Assembly: GCA_963794165.1 (NCBI GenBank)
Contig: CAWCCT010000008.1
Location: 245,054 to 309,053, forward strand
Direction: 5' to 3'
DNA from: an uncultured Acidobacteriaceae bacterium
Lineage (GTDB): Bacteria; Acidobacteriota; Terriglobia; Terriglobales; Acidobacteriaceae
DNA length: 64,000 nucleotides
Of the stretch, positions 26,195 to 35,898 are shown one piece after another. A program made the position numbers and the translations under genes. How positions within the stretch are numbered: the stretch's first letter is position 1; every line of letters begins with the position of its first letter. The notes below the pieces were generated by a model, which was not told the DNA's origin, ran no database searches, and was given only the letters and a program-made list of their open reading frames with translations.

Positions 26195-29100
26195 TTAGCT
26201 GAAGCTGGGCTTTTTGAACGGCGCGTCGATGGGCGGTGCGGGTAGCGCATTCTCGGTTGTTTCCCATTTGAGGATCTTGAAGTCGAGGACAAAGATGGCA
26301 TACATCACCGGCACTTGCAACTTGGTCACTACCGTCGCCACCAGCAATCCGCCGATCTGTGCATAGCAGAGAGGCTTCCACAATGGGCCTCCATGCAACG
26401 CCAGCGGCAACAGCGCCAGAACGGTGGCGCCCACCGTAATGAGGACCGGGCGCAGACGCAGGATCCCGGCATCGATCAGCGCCAGCTCAAAGTCATCTCC
26501 CTCGGCGTGCCGTTCTTCAATAAAGTCGAACAACACGATCGAATGGCTCACGATCACGCCGATCAGGCTGGCCACACCCAGGAACGCCATGAATCCGAAC
26601 GGCTCGCCCATTATCCACAACGCGGCGAACGCCCCCATCATGCCATAGGGCGCGGCAGCCAGCACCAGCAGCGGTTTGATGGCATTCTTGAATTGAAAAA
26701 GCAGGGCAATGTAGATGGCGGCCGTAGAGACCAACATGACGGTGGCCAGGTTCTTGAAACCAGACTTGGTCTTGTCGTACTCGCCGCCAATTCGCATCTC
26801 GTATCCTGGAGGAAGGGATGCCTGCAGCGCCTGCAGCTTGGGTAAGGCCTGCTTCATTACTTCGGAGCTAATGTGCCCGGGAGCAGGGAAGCTACGCACA
26901 TTCATAGTGCGGAACTGTTCCAGCCGCACGATACGTCCCGCTACCAGCTCGTGATCGATATCCGAGATCTGCACCAGGGGAATCTTGGTATTATCCTGCG
27001 ACCCGTATACGTACATATTCTGGATATCGGAGAGCTGCGATCGCTCATCCATACGCAGCCGAGCCACAATCGGTATCTGCTTCTGGCCTTCCTGCAAAAC
27101 GCTGACCGTGGTCCCGCTCATGCCGGCGGTTGAAGAGTTGGCGACGTCCATATTGGTAATGCCGGCCAGGTTGGCACGATCCGGATCGATGGTTAACGAG
27201 ATTTGCGCATTCTCGTCTCCCCATTCATTGCGGGTGCGTTGAGCCATTGGAATAGAACGGAAAATATCTTCAACCTTGTCGGCAATCGCGCGCAGACCTC
27301 GTATATCCGCCGCTTCATCTTTTGCGTTTACATCGGCAGTGCTCGAGATGCGAACTTCAATAGGATAGTCGATGGGGTTCGTGAGCAGCTGGCGTGCGTC
27401 CAAACGCGCCCCCGGTATTTGCGCGGTGAGTACCGGCTGCAGTTCTTTGATGAATTGCGGAGTAACTTCCTTATCGTTGACCTCAATCAACACCTGGGCA
27501 TAATTCAGTTGTTGCAATTGAGGGGAGGCTGAGAACCAGAAGCGTGGGCCGCCTCCGCCTACGAATGTCGTTATGTAGTGCAAGACATCGCCCGGATGGT
27601 CCTTCGACGGGTGTTCTTTGGAGAACTGCTCCGCGCGCTCGCGGACGATCTGTTCCACCTTGCGGGCCGTCTGATTGGTGGCTTCGAGCGTGGCATCGTT
27701 GGGCAGCCACACATCGATATAGGACCAATATTGGACGTCCTCGGGGAAGAACGCACTTCCCAACCGGGAGAAGATGAATCCCCCCACAACCAGAAAGACC
27801 AGCGAGCCGGCAAAGAACTTCCAACGATGTTCGATCGAGTATTTTGCCGTTCGGGCGTACAACCCGAAAAAGCCGCTGTTACGCCGCTGCTCCAATGTTT
27901 TCTCTTCCTTCTTTTCCGGACGAAGAAGATAGTAGCCAAGCAAGGGAAGAAACGACATCGAAACCAGCCGGGAGGCGATCAACGCTACCGTCATGACGAT
28001 CGGCAGGCTGTGGAGAAACTCGCCCGTGTTGCCCGTTACCAATAAGAACGGCAGGTAGGCAACGATGTTGGTGACGGTCGCGTACATGATCGCCGTGGCC
28101 AGCTTAGTAGGCCCGAGCCAGGCGGCAATGACTCGCCGTTGTCCCTCGGCCAACGCGCGCTTGATGGAATCGCCGGCAATCACCGGGTCATCCACCAACA
28201 GCCCAAGCGCGATGATCAACGTGGCGACGGAAACCTGCTGGATATCGATGCCGAGCAGGTACAGCACCCCAAAAGTCATCGCCAGGGTGATGGGAATGGA
28301 AATGGCCATCAACAAGGCGGACCGCCATTCCCAAAAGCCGAGCCACGATACCAACACCACCAGCGCGATGGCCTCATAGAGCGCATCCATGAACAGGCTA
28401 AGGTTCTCCTCCACCTGCAAAGGCTGGTCGGAAGTGCGAGCGATGATCAGATCATCCGGCAGATATTGCTTCACCGCGGCGAGTTTGGCGTCTACGCTGC
28501 GGCCAAAAGCGTCGATCTGCTCGCCATCCTTCATCTGCACCGCCAGCGTCACGGCACGGCTGCGCCGCCAGTGGCCCTGTTTGTCGGCCCAGGTCAGATA
28601 GTTCAGATACTTCGCCGGGCTTTGGTAGCCGCGGGAAATGTCCACCAGGTCGCGCAGATAAACGGGGCTTTGAGCGGCAGAAGAAGAAGCGCTGATAATT
28701 ACATCGCCGATCTGCTGGGGATCGGTGAACTTCCCCGAAGGGTTGATCTGGATGTTCTGCGGGCCAACCTCCAGCTGCCCGCCGGGAAGAGTAATGTTGC
28801 GCGCGCCCAGAATGTCTTTGAGATTGGAGGGCGTCACGCCATACGCGGCGAGGCGCTGCTGCGAGTAATCCAGATAAATCTGCTCCGGCAGCACGCCCTT
28901 GCGGTCAATCTTGGCCACCTCTGCAGCGCCCTGAACGGTTCTTCCGATCAGATCCGTGAAGTCATCCAACTCCCGGTAAGAGTACTTATCTCCCGCCACC
29001 GCGGCCAGCCGCGTTTCTGTCTCGCCTGGGTCACGGATGAACGCGGCGGGCCAACTATCGGGATGGATCTCGGAGCTGTGCAGCTTCTCCATCATCAACC

Positions 29101-29887
29101 GGTCGCCCAATGCTCGCAGCTCATCGTCGCTCAATGGCGAACTGACATCGGCGCCGATGAAGCCGCTGCCTTCGAAAAAGTGTGGATCGGAGACATACTT
29201 GTTCTGTCTCCCGGCCTGCATGACCGCAACAAAAGCGTCGCGGACCAGCGTCGGTGAAACGGAGAGCGGAAAAGCGTAGACGATGCTGACCCGTGGCTGC
29301 GGAGCGCGCGCACCTTCTGCTCCCCGCGTTTCTTCAATTGATTTACGGATAGCCTGGGCGCGCAAAGCAATGTCAATTTCGCTCGCCTTAGGACTGGCGA
29401 TGGTCAGCATTAAAGCTGCAGTGTCGCCAAAATCACTATTGAATTGGATCGGGCCCGCGCCCTGGGGCAGCTTGCTGTTCAGCGCGTTCAGCTTAAGGTT
29501 AATGTCGGAAAACTGCTTCTTCGGATCGGTTACCGAATCGTCCAGTTGCACGTAAACCAAAGAAAGCCCGGGGAAGCTCATGGAGCGGATGCCAAAGTCA
29601 GACGCGGACGGCGGTTTTATAAAAGCGTTCTGCGCCATCATTTGTTCCACTGGCCGGGTTACCAACTGCTCCACCTCTTGCGCGGTTGCCCCGGGCCATG
29701 CGATGGAAGCAACCGCCACCCGCACAGGAATGCTCGGGTCTTTACGTTTGGGCATGTGCATAAAGCCGTACCAGCCCCACAGGCATACCGCGATCAACAG
29801 AATCAGTGAAACCTGACGATGTTCCGTGAAGAAACGCGCCGTGTTGTGCGTGTGTGCTACGTACTCGGATTCAGCTTTATGTGTCAT
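26195..29887 (-). CDS. RND efflux permease (AcrB-like), unusually long at 1230 aa
   Basis: Twelve-TM RND layout. Motifs LVDDPVIAGDSI and VASLIGVIVSHSIVLFD. The first periplasmic loop runs from ~residue 45 to ~500. Confidence 0.9.
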   Translation of the reverse strand: MTHKAESEYVAHTHNTARFFTEHRQVSLILLIAVCLWGWYGFMHMPKRKDPSIPVRVAVASIAWPGATAQEVEQLVTRPVEQMMAQNAFIKPPSASDFGIRSMSFPGLSLVYVQLDDSVTDPKKQFSDINLKLNALNSKLPQGAGPIQFNSDFGDTAALMLTIASPKASEIDIALRAQAIRKSIEETRGAEGARAPQPRVSIVYAFPLSVSPTLVRDAFVAVMQAGRQNKYVSDPHFFEGSGFIGADVSSPLSDDELRALGDRLMMEKLHSSEIHPDSWPAAFIRDPGETETRLAAVAGDKYSYRELDDFTDLIGRTVQGAAEVAKIDRKGVLPEQIYLDYSQQRLAAYGVTPSNLKDILGARNITLPGGQLEVGPQNIQINPSGKFTDPQQIGDVIISASSSAAQSPVYLRDLVDISRGYQSPAKYLNYLTWADKQGHWRRSRAVTLAVQMKDGEQIDAFGRSVDAKLAAVKQYLPDDLIIARTSDQPLQVEENLSLFMDALYEAIALVVLVSWLGFWEWRSALLMAISIPITLAMTFGVLYLLGIDIQQVSVATLIIALGLLVDDPVIAGDSIKRALAEGQRRVIAAWLGPTKLATAIMYATVTNIVAYLPFLLVTGNTGEFLHSLPIVMTVALIASRLVSMSFLPLLGYYLLRPEKKEEKTLEQRRNSGFFGLYARTAKYSIEHRWKFFAGSLVFLVVGGFIFSRLGSAFFPEDVQYWSYIDVWLPNDATLEATNQTARKVEQIVRERAEQFSKEHPSKDHPGDVLHYITTFVGGGGPRFWFSASPQLQQLNYAQVLIEVNDKEVTPQFIKELQPVLTAQIPGARLDARQLLTNPIDYPIEVRISSTADVNAKDEAADIRGLRAIADKVEDIFRSIPMAQRTRNEWGDENAQISLTIDPDRANLAGITNMDVANSSTAGMSGTTVSVLQEGQKQIPIVARLRMDERSQLSDIQNMYVYGSQDNTKIPLVQISDIDHELVAGRIVRLEQFRTMNVRSFPAPGHISSEVMKQALPKLQALQASLPPGYEMRIGGEYDKTKSGFKNLATVMLVSTAAIYIALLFQFKNAIKPLLVLAAAPYGMMGAFAALWIMGEPFGFMAFLGVASLIGVIVSHSIVLFDFIEERHAEGDDFELALIDAGILRLRPVLITVGATVLALLPLALHGGPLWKPLCYAQIGGLLVATVVTKLQVPVMYAIFVLDFKILKWETTENALPAPPIDAPFKKPSFS

Positions 29888-29990
29888 GACATTGATGCGC
29901 CTATCTGCTGCGAAAAAACCGTTTGTACGAAGGGCTATTACTGATCAGGCTTTAGAGCACGTGTGAGAAATAGCGGAGCCTCAAACTTTT

Positions 29991-30213
29991 GTGAGGGAGC
30001 CGGGGCGCACTGCAGATCCCTCGGCTGCGCTCGGGATGACAAAGGGGAAGTCGGCGCTTCCATAGTATTGTTGCTAAAAGGACGCTCGACAGAGGTTGGG
30101 GGCGGAGTTTTGGTCATCGCGTATTTAGCAACCACCTTTCATGGAAGCGCCGCCTTTCCCTTTGTCATCCCGAGCGCAGCCGAGGGATCTGCAGTGCGCC
30201 CCAGCTCCCTCAC
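29991..30213. repeat. 73-nt inverted repeat (3 mismatches) around a 77-nt spacer, between the MFP and RND cistrons
   Basis: 29991-30063 GTGAGGGAGCCGGGGCGCACTGCAGATCCCTCGGCTGCGCTCGGGATGACAAAGGGG... is the reverse complement of 30141-30213. The core is shared with the 15371-15550 repeat. Confidence 0.85.
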
Positions 30214-30229
30214 AAAGGCCCCAGCCTGC

Positions 30230-31369
30230 TCAAGGAAGAATGCGAACCTTGTCGCCGTTCTTGATCAAGCCCACGCCAGTAGTGATAACGGATTCTCCAC
30301 CAGTTAACCCGCCTTTAGCGGCGATCATATTTCCATAGATATCGCCCAGTTCAACCGCACGCAAACGTGCGGTTTCCGTATCTCCGCCCCCTTCCGCAAT
30401 CATCACCGCGAAACCGCTCGCGCGCCCTGGATCACGAATGACGGCCGCCAGCGGAACAGCCAGCACCGATTGCTGTAACTGCGACCCATCCAGCGCCAAG
30501 GACGCGATCATTCCCGATTTCAGCCTGTCGTGTGGATTGGCAATGGTCACCTCGACTGAGAACACGCGACTCTTCGGATCCGCTGCCGGCGAAATCGCGC
30601 TCACTCTCCCCGCAAATGACTGCGGCAAAGAATCCGTAGTGATGGCCAGACGCTGGCCCAGCCGGACCCGGCTGATCGAAGTATCAGGAACACCGAAGAC
30701 CGCTTTCACCGATTGGGTATCGGCCAAGGTGAAGCCATTCGTAGCTGGCCCCACCAGGGTGCCCAGATCGACGTTGCGGCTAACGATCCAGCCACTGAAC
30801 GGAGCCTTCAGGGAGCAGTAATCGAGCGCCACGTTGGCCTCACTTAGCTGGGCCTGCGCTCCGGAAACAGAAGCCTGAGTGCTGGTGAGCTGCGCCTGGG
30901 CGGAATCGTAGTCCGGCTTGGTCGCGCTCTGCGAAGAGTAAAGAGCAGAAACACGATCGAAAGTGAGCTTTGCTTTTTCAAATTCTGCCTGCGAACGGGC
31001 AACCTGCGCTTGCGCTTGTTGAACTTTATCGAGATAGTCCTGTTGCCGCACCACTGCCAGCACCGTTCCTTTTTGTACCCAGTCTCCCTGATCGATGTTC
31101 CGCATGCCTCCACTCGGGCTCTTCACCTGGCGGATGCTGCCAACGTAACCGCTGGACTGAAACGCCAGGGTGACCTGGGCGTAGGGAACTATGCTGGCAG
31201 AGTACTTCGCTCCGTTGCCCACTGCGACGGGCTGCACCAGCGCCGTACGTACAGGGAGCGGCAGAGTCTCCGCAGCGTTTTGTTGCTTGCAACCGGTCCC
31301 GCCCAGCATGAGCGCGCTTCCCAGCACGGCGAGCGAAATTCCATTGGCAATGGGATTCATAGGGTTCAC
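30230..31369 (-). CDS. RND periplasmic adaptor (MFP/HlyD family)
   Basis: 379 aa. Lipoprotein-like N-terminus (LGGTGCKQ). Coiled-coil hairpin (QAQAQVARSQAEFEKAKLTFDR...AQAQLSEANVALDY). Beta-barrel C-terminus. Confidence 0.9.
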   Translation of the reverse strand: MNPMNPIANGISLAVLGSALMLGGTGCKQQNAAETLPLPVRTALVQPVAVGNGAKYSASIVPYAQVTLAFQSSGYVGSIRQVKSPSGGMRNIDQGDWVQKGTVLAVVRQQDYLDKVQQAQAQVARSQAEFEKAKLTFDRVSALYSSQSATKPDYDSAQAQLTSTQASVSGAQAQLSEANVALDYCSLKAPFSGWIVSRNVDLGTLVGPATNGFTLADTQSVKAVFGVPDTSISRVRLGQRLAITTDSLPQSFAGRVSAISPAADPKSRVFSVEVTIANPHDRLKSGMIASLALDGSQLQQSVLAVPLAAVIRDPGRASGFAVMIAEGGGDTETARLRAVELGDIYGNMIAAKGGLTGGESVITTGVGLIKNGDKVRILP

Positions 31370-32703
31370 TCTTCCCCCAGAGCTTTCTCAAATGCGGCCT
31401 TTGCATTCCAGAAAGAAAGCAGGCTTTGTTCGTATTCGTGTTCGGCATTTGCCACCACGGCCTCCTGTTGCAGCAGGTCGCGCATTAACACCGCGGAATG
31501 TTTGAATTGATCGCTGGTTTCGCGCAGCTTCTCATTGGCCGCGTCGCGCCCCGCCTGGGCCACGTCGAGCAGCGAACGGCTCTCTTCCAGTTTGCGGAAG
31601 TTGTTGTCCACATCCAGCAGCACCTGGGCTTTGGTTTCCTCTAACTGGTAGTGGCTTTGCTGCACCGAAGCGTCCTTTTGTCTAACCTCATCCCGGCGCC
31701 CTCCCCAATCGAAGGGGTCCCATTTCAACTCCATGCCGGCAGAGAGGATATTCTGCGGCAAAATCTCGGTATTGATCGGATCGAGGTAGTGTATCGCTGC
31801 CCCGACGTCTGGAATGTACTTGGCTTTGGCCAGCTTGCGATCGTAATCAGCGCGGCGTATATCGATCTCCGCCTCTGTCACCTCGGGGCGCTGCGCGAGC
31901 GCGGTTTGCCGGGCCATCTTCAAGTCCATTTCCGCGGGCGTGATCGGGGGTACCGGCTCCGTGCGAAAAGGGGTATCGAGGTCCCGCCCCAGCAGTTCGT
32001 TCAGTTGCTCTTTTTGTGTGACCAGCGTGTCACTCAACTGGACAATCTGATACCGCGCCTGGGCCAGGCTCGCCTTCGCCTGCAGGCTGTCAGACTTTAG
32101 GACGGACTTCTGGTCAAGATATTGCGTCGCGACCCTGTCTGTCTCCTTGTACTGCTCGACCAAGGCCTGCGTGGCTTGGAGCGAACTCTCGGTTTGCAGC
32201 GCAGCGTAATAGGCCTGCTTTACGCTGGCTGCAGTCGACTGCCGCTTGCCCTTATACTGCTCGCCGGCAAGATCGGCCGACAACTGCGACTCCCGCACGG
32301 CAAGATTGATTTGATAGAGCTGCGAGATCGGCTGTGCCACCTGCACCGATGCATACCCTGTAATTCCATTCGATAGCTTGAAGTTTTGCGGCGTTGGCTG
32401 ATTGAAGCTTCCCGCCGGAAAACTGAACATCGGCGAAGTTATATCTCCCGAAGCAAAAAGGTAGGTGGTGATTGCAGGAAAGCGCTTGGTCTTAGTTTGA
32501 GCCACCTCCCATTTCGACTTGACTATGTCGAGCTTGGCAATGCTCAACAGCCGATTATTATCAATCGCAATCTGGACGGCCTGAGAAAGAGAGAGGACCG
32601 GGGGATCGCCTGGTTGTTCTTCTCCCAGCGATAACACCCCGGCCATCAACGCAGTCCCGGCAATCGCCAAAACCAGGCGCTTTGTGTGTCTTACGTGCAT
32701 CAT
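31366..32703 (-). CDS. TolC-family outer-membrane efflux protein
   Basis: 445 aa. Signal peptide. Two repeats of the long helical OEP pattern. 4-nt overlap with the MFP gene. Confidence 0.85.
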   Translation of the reverse strand: MMHVRHTKRLVLAIAGTALMAGVLSLGEEQPGDPPVLSLSQAVQIAIDNNRLLSIAKLDIVKSKWEVAQTKTKRFPAITTYLFASGDITSPMFSFPAGSFNQPTPQNFKLSNGITGYASVQVAQPISQLYQINLAVRESQLSADLAGEQYKGKRQSTAASVKQAYYAALQTESSLQATQALVEQYKETDRVATQYLDQKSVLKSDSLQAKASLAQARYQIVQLSDTLVTQKEQLNELLGRDLDTPFRTEPVPPITPAEMDLKMARQTALAQRPEVTEAEIDIRRADYDRKLAKAKYIPDVGAAIHYLDPINTEILPQNILSAGMELKWDPFDWGGRRDEVRQKDASVQQSHYQLEETKAQVLLDVDNNFRKLEESRSLLDVAQAGRDAANEKLRETSDQFKHSAVLMRDLLQQEAVVANAEHEYEQSLLSFWNAKAAFEKALGEE

Positions 32704-32765
32704 TGTTGTTAAATCGCCATCATACTCGCGCAGCCAGGAGCCGGTTGGTAAGACGAACGAATTAT

Positions 32766-33431
32766 TTAGGAATGGCTTCGGAAGCCTCCGCCTCCGCCTT
32801 GCGGGCCCAGGCTGTTCAAGTCATTCAATACTTCTTGCCGGTCCTGGGGACGAAAGTCCCCTGCATCCATGGTTTGCTCAATGCTCGACTTCGACTGCTT
32901 GAGCGTCATGAGCTGCTGCAGCTTTCCGGCCCCGCTGGACTTGATACTTTGTAACGAGTTCAAACTATCCTGCAGCGCTTTCACTTGCGGTTCGGTCGGG
33001 TTACCGTGCATGACAGCGGTGAATATATCTTTGCCGAGTTTAGCGCCCGGGCTCGGAGGTTCAGTGGAAACAGTAGTGGACTGTTTCATGGCCATCATCA
33101 ACTGAAGATCCTGCTCTAGCGTTTGACGATCCGGTTGCTTTACCGCGGCCATCACAGCCTTCATCTTTGAAACTGCAGTCCAGGGCGTGACGAAATCGAC
33201 GGGTGCGCCTGGTCTCTGTTCCGCTTTGTAGGCTTTCAAAACTTCGGCATTCTCCTGGAGCTCTTTGAGCTGGGGGATGGTTATGCTGCCGTTCAGGACC
33301 GCTGCCTTCATGTCCTGGTGAAATTTGTCGGTTACGGGATTCGAGGCACTTTCCTGGGGATTCGCAAGAGCCACAGGCATCTGCGCCACAAGAATAAGGG
33401 AGAGCGAAAGGGTACGTAGACTTCTTCTCAT
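32766..33431 (-). CDS. secreted helical protein with an internal two-fold repeat, unknown function
   Basis: ORF 32766..33491. I place the start at ATG 33431 (MRRSLRTLSLSLILVAQMPVALA). LNGSITIPQLKELQENAEVLKAYK parallels MHGNPTEPQVKALQDSLNSLQSIK. GGGGG tail. Confidence 0.6.
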   Translation of the reverse strand: MRRSLRTLSLSLILVAQMPVALANPQESASNPVTDKFHQDMKAAVLNGSITIPQLKELQENAEVLKAYKAEQRPGAPVDFVTPWTAVSKMKAVMAAVKQPDRQTLEQDLQLMMAMKQSTTVSTEPPSPGAKLGKDIFTAVMHGNPTEPQVKALQDSLNSLQSIKSSGAGKLQQLMTLKQSKSSIEQTMDAGDFRPQDRQEVLNDLNSLGPQGGGGGFRSHS

Positions 33432-33494
33432 ATTTCCTGCCTTCCTATAAAAATGGACCAACCGCGCCCGCCGGCTGCTGCGTCTACTCAACCA

Positions 33495-34268
33495 CTATTT
33501 GGCGGAGGCGACCTCGCCCTTGTCGTTGGTCTTGATCCAACCCTGCGCAGCCATGGACTTGAGGATCTCTTTTGCCGTGGCATCCGCTGTTTTTGAGGCG
33601 TAGGCGTCAACCGTTTTCTTGCGGTCGCCAACCGTGGACTTGGCAACGGCAGACGCTGGGTTCATTCCGGCCGCTACAGGCACAGCTGCACCCGGATTCT
33701 GGGCAGCTGTCGTCTCCGTTTGAAACTGCGAAAGCAGAACCGTCTCCGCTGGCGTCTTTAGGTGCACATCAACTTTGGTCTGCACGTCCGCGCCGCCGGC
33801 GCCCATGCCGACAGTTTCCCGCTCCGTCTTACTCCCCTGCTTGAGAGAGGTAAACGATCCTTGGATTGCCAGTTGGTTGGTAGAGGGTGTATGCCCTGCC
33901 GCTACATGCTCCACCGGGATGCCGGTCTTCTCCAGGGCTTTTACCAGCTCCTCAGAGAACTTCTTGGTAGCCCCGGCGGCGATGGCTTCTGGGCTCTCGT
34001 CTCCCCTAAGCAGGTGTCGGGGACGAATCGACTGCACTTTATCCACTTGGACGTCGTCTGCATTAACGGCGAAATCATAGACCAGAATCTTGTCCGGCTT
34101 TGGCAAGGAGGTGCCGCCGGTATACCCGGCAAGCGGAGTGACGGTAACCTTCGCCGCCAGAGGGCCCTGAGCTCGGGCTCCAGGAACCAGCAAAACGGCG
34201 GCTGCCAGCCATAAGGATGGGCGCCTAAGGCGTCTTCCGATTGGAGAAATGTATAGCAGCATTTCCAT
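33495..34268 (-). CDS. secreted protein or lipoprotein of unknown function (possibly DUF4410-like)
   Basis: ORF 33495..34343. I place the start at ATG 34268 (MEMLLYISPIGRRLRRPSLWLAAAVLLVPGARAQ). The KILVYDF motif prompts the tentative family guess, which is from memory only. Confidence 0.55.
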   Translation of the reverse strand: MEMLLYISPIGRRLRRPSLWLAAAVLLVPGARAQGPLAAKVTVTPLAGYTGGTSLPKPDKILVYDFAVNADDVQVDKVQSIRPRHLLRGDESPEAIAAGATKKFSEELVKALEKTGIPVEHVAAGHTPSTNQLAIQGSFTSLKQGSKTERETVGMGAGGADVQTKVDVHLKTPAETVLLSQFQTETTAAQNPGAAVPVAAGMNPASAVAKSTVGDRKKTVDAYASKTADATAKEILKSMAAQGWIKTNDKGEVASAK

Positions 34269-34794
34269 GGAAAATCGCTCCTTCCGCCCCCGAGGGAGGC
34301 AGTTCTTGTGCTGAGACAAATGATTGCCCCATGGGACGCACACACGGGTAGCCCGGCGTGAGTATGGGGAGAGGCAGATGGTTGCGTAAATTGGCCCGGG
34401 GGAGACCGCCGCGAGAAAATGGAGATCGATGCAGAGGTCGCTGCAATCATCGCTGCTCTTAAAGAGTCAGTCAATAGAGGCGGTGTAAATTTTTGTCCCC
34501 ATCTAAAGTCTGGGTAACCGCGTAAACCCCTCTGTATCTGCGATTTGCTGGATTGGCAGGTGCGGTGTGGCGTTTTTCGTCTGTAGACTGGGCTTCATCA
34601 CCCGGCTGGGGACGCACCTTAACCTAGAGTCAAGGGCCACCGATTACAAATGACTGCGGGCAACGTGAACTTAGTCCGTGCCGCATAGTTTTCCGAAAAG
34701 CCCAGTTATGCGGAAGCCCATGCTGCCATGGGGAGACGCGATCGTGGATGAATCTGCGGTTTCTACTATTTCCGGAGGTACTGAGTCTGCAAGT

Positions 34795-35274
34795 TCATTT
34801 TGAAACTAACGCGGTCTGCCCCAGATGGAAAGAAAGATGATTCGTCCGGCTTAGGAGAATCGCAAAGCGGTTGCGTGACGGATCCTTGGCAAAGTCCTCA
34901 TCAGAAACCGAGGCGTGCTTCTGTAGCCATTCAGTTGCCGAAAAACTCTCAAACCCGGCCAGCAATCGGCTGTTGATTTCAATCCAGGATTTCTTTATCT
35001 CTTCAGCTTTCGGCAGTTCGGGAACAGCTCGATCGGGATTGGTAAGAAAGGGAGCGTCCAATTCCGGATGAAGTCGCTCGCCCAGAGACAACAGAGGCAG
35101 CATCCGATCGTGAACCGTGGTCAGGTGTCCCCAAAGATAGATCAGTCGGTTTTTCCCCGTTGCCACCTCTTTTTGCAGCTGTTCTTCGCTGGCTTGGGAA
35201 AAAAGCCGGTCTGCTCTCTCCACTGTGGACTTCCACGAGTTCAGTGCCGATGTGAGCAACGCCTGTTCAGTCAT
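34795..35274 (-). CDS. DinB-superfamily protein
   Basis: 159 aa. Four-helix DinB pattern with His motifs: LIYLWGHLTTVHD ... HLSFHLGQ. Confidence 0.8.
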   Translation of the reverse strand: MTEQALLTSALNSWKSTVERADRLFSQASEEQLQKEVATGKNRLIYLWGHLTTVHDRMLPLLSLGERLHPELDAPFLTNPDRAVPELPKAEEIKKSWIEINSRLLAGFESFSATEWLQKHASVSDEDFAKDPSRNRFAILLSRTNHLSFHLGQTALVSK

Positions 35275-35460
35275 GATGGTGATCTCTTTATACCTTTCTT
35301 TCTTCTGGCCAGCCAGTGCTCTGTTTTCCCAGAACGAGGAGATCGGGTTTGTCGAGCCCGGACCTCCGCCATCGATGGAACCAGAAGTCCAACCTCGATG
35401 CTGTGGATTGCATCACAAAACCGAGCTTTTACGGGCTGCGCTTCAGCCTTTTGATATGCT

Positions 35461-35886
35461 ATGTCGCCTGACACTCTCCCCAATTCGCTACCTCATCAAC
35501 TCGGCTATCTACTATTGCTCGGTCTCTCGGTAGCTTGCATATCCTGGACAGTTACCCACGAGGAAGTTTTTCGTGAACCACGCGAATACTGCAAGGAAAG
35601 AAGTCAAACTTGTCGACCAACATACCTTCGGAAATTTTTCTATCTATTCACGTGTGAGTACTGCTTCAGTCATTATGTATCGTTAGTTTTTATTTTTCTG
35701 ATGCGCTTTCAGCTTCTATACCAAGGCTGGCGTGGCTACCTCATTGCGGAGTTTGCCTTAGTGTGGATCGCCAACATCTACATGAGTGTTTTCAACCATC
35801 TGCGACTCGAAATCAAGCATGAAAACCTTACCATCGCCGAGCAGGCAAAGGAAAACAGCGACGAGCGGTCGCTGCTGCACCGATAG
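35461..35886 (+). CDS. small membrane protein (DUF1360-like?), locally low GC
   Basis: 141 aa with three hydrophobic segments. The CEYCFSHYV motif resembles the C-x-x-C of DUF1360. I counted 44 G+C in the 120 nt 35581-35700. Confidence 0.5.
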   Translation: MSPDTLPNSLPHQLGYLLLLGLSVACISWTVTHEEVFREPREYCKERSQTCRPTYLRKFFYLFTCEYCFSHYVSLVFIFLMRFQLLYQGWRGYLIAEFALVWIANIYMSVFNHLRLEIKHENLTIAEQAKENSDERSLLHR

Positions 35887-35898
35887 GTCTGCTGCTTT

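Noticed and set aside
28139-29257. 372-aa plus-strand ORF, with similar ones at 8392..9234, 45676..46572, 55679..56536, 60236..61108(-), 52368..53117(-), 22601..23203(-) and 42171..42839(-)
   Set aside because: All lie antisense to genes with strong family signatures (RND, GH5, histidine kinase, APC permease, ADOP, CadC-like regulator). All have low-complexity R/G/H/Q-rich translations. I treat them as GC-shadow ORFs.
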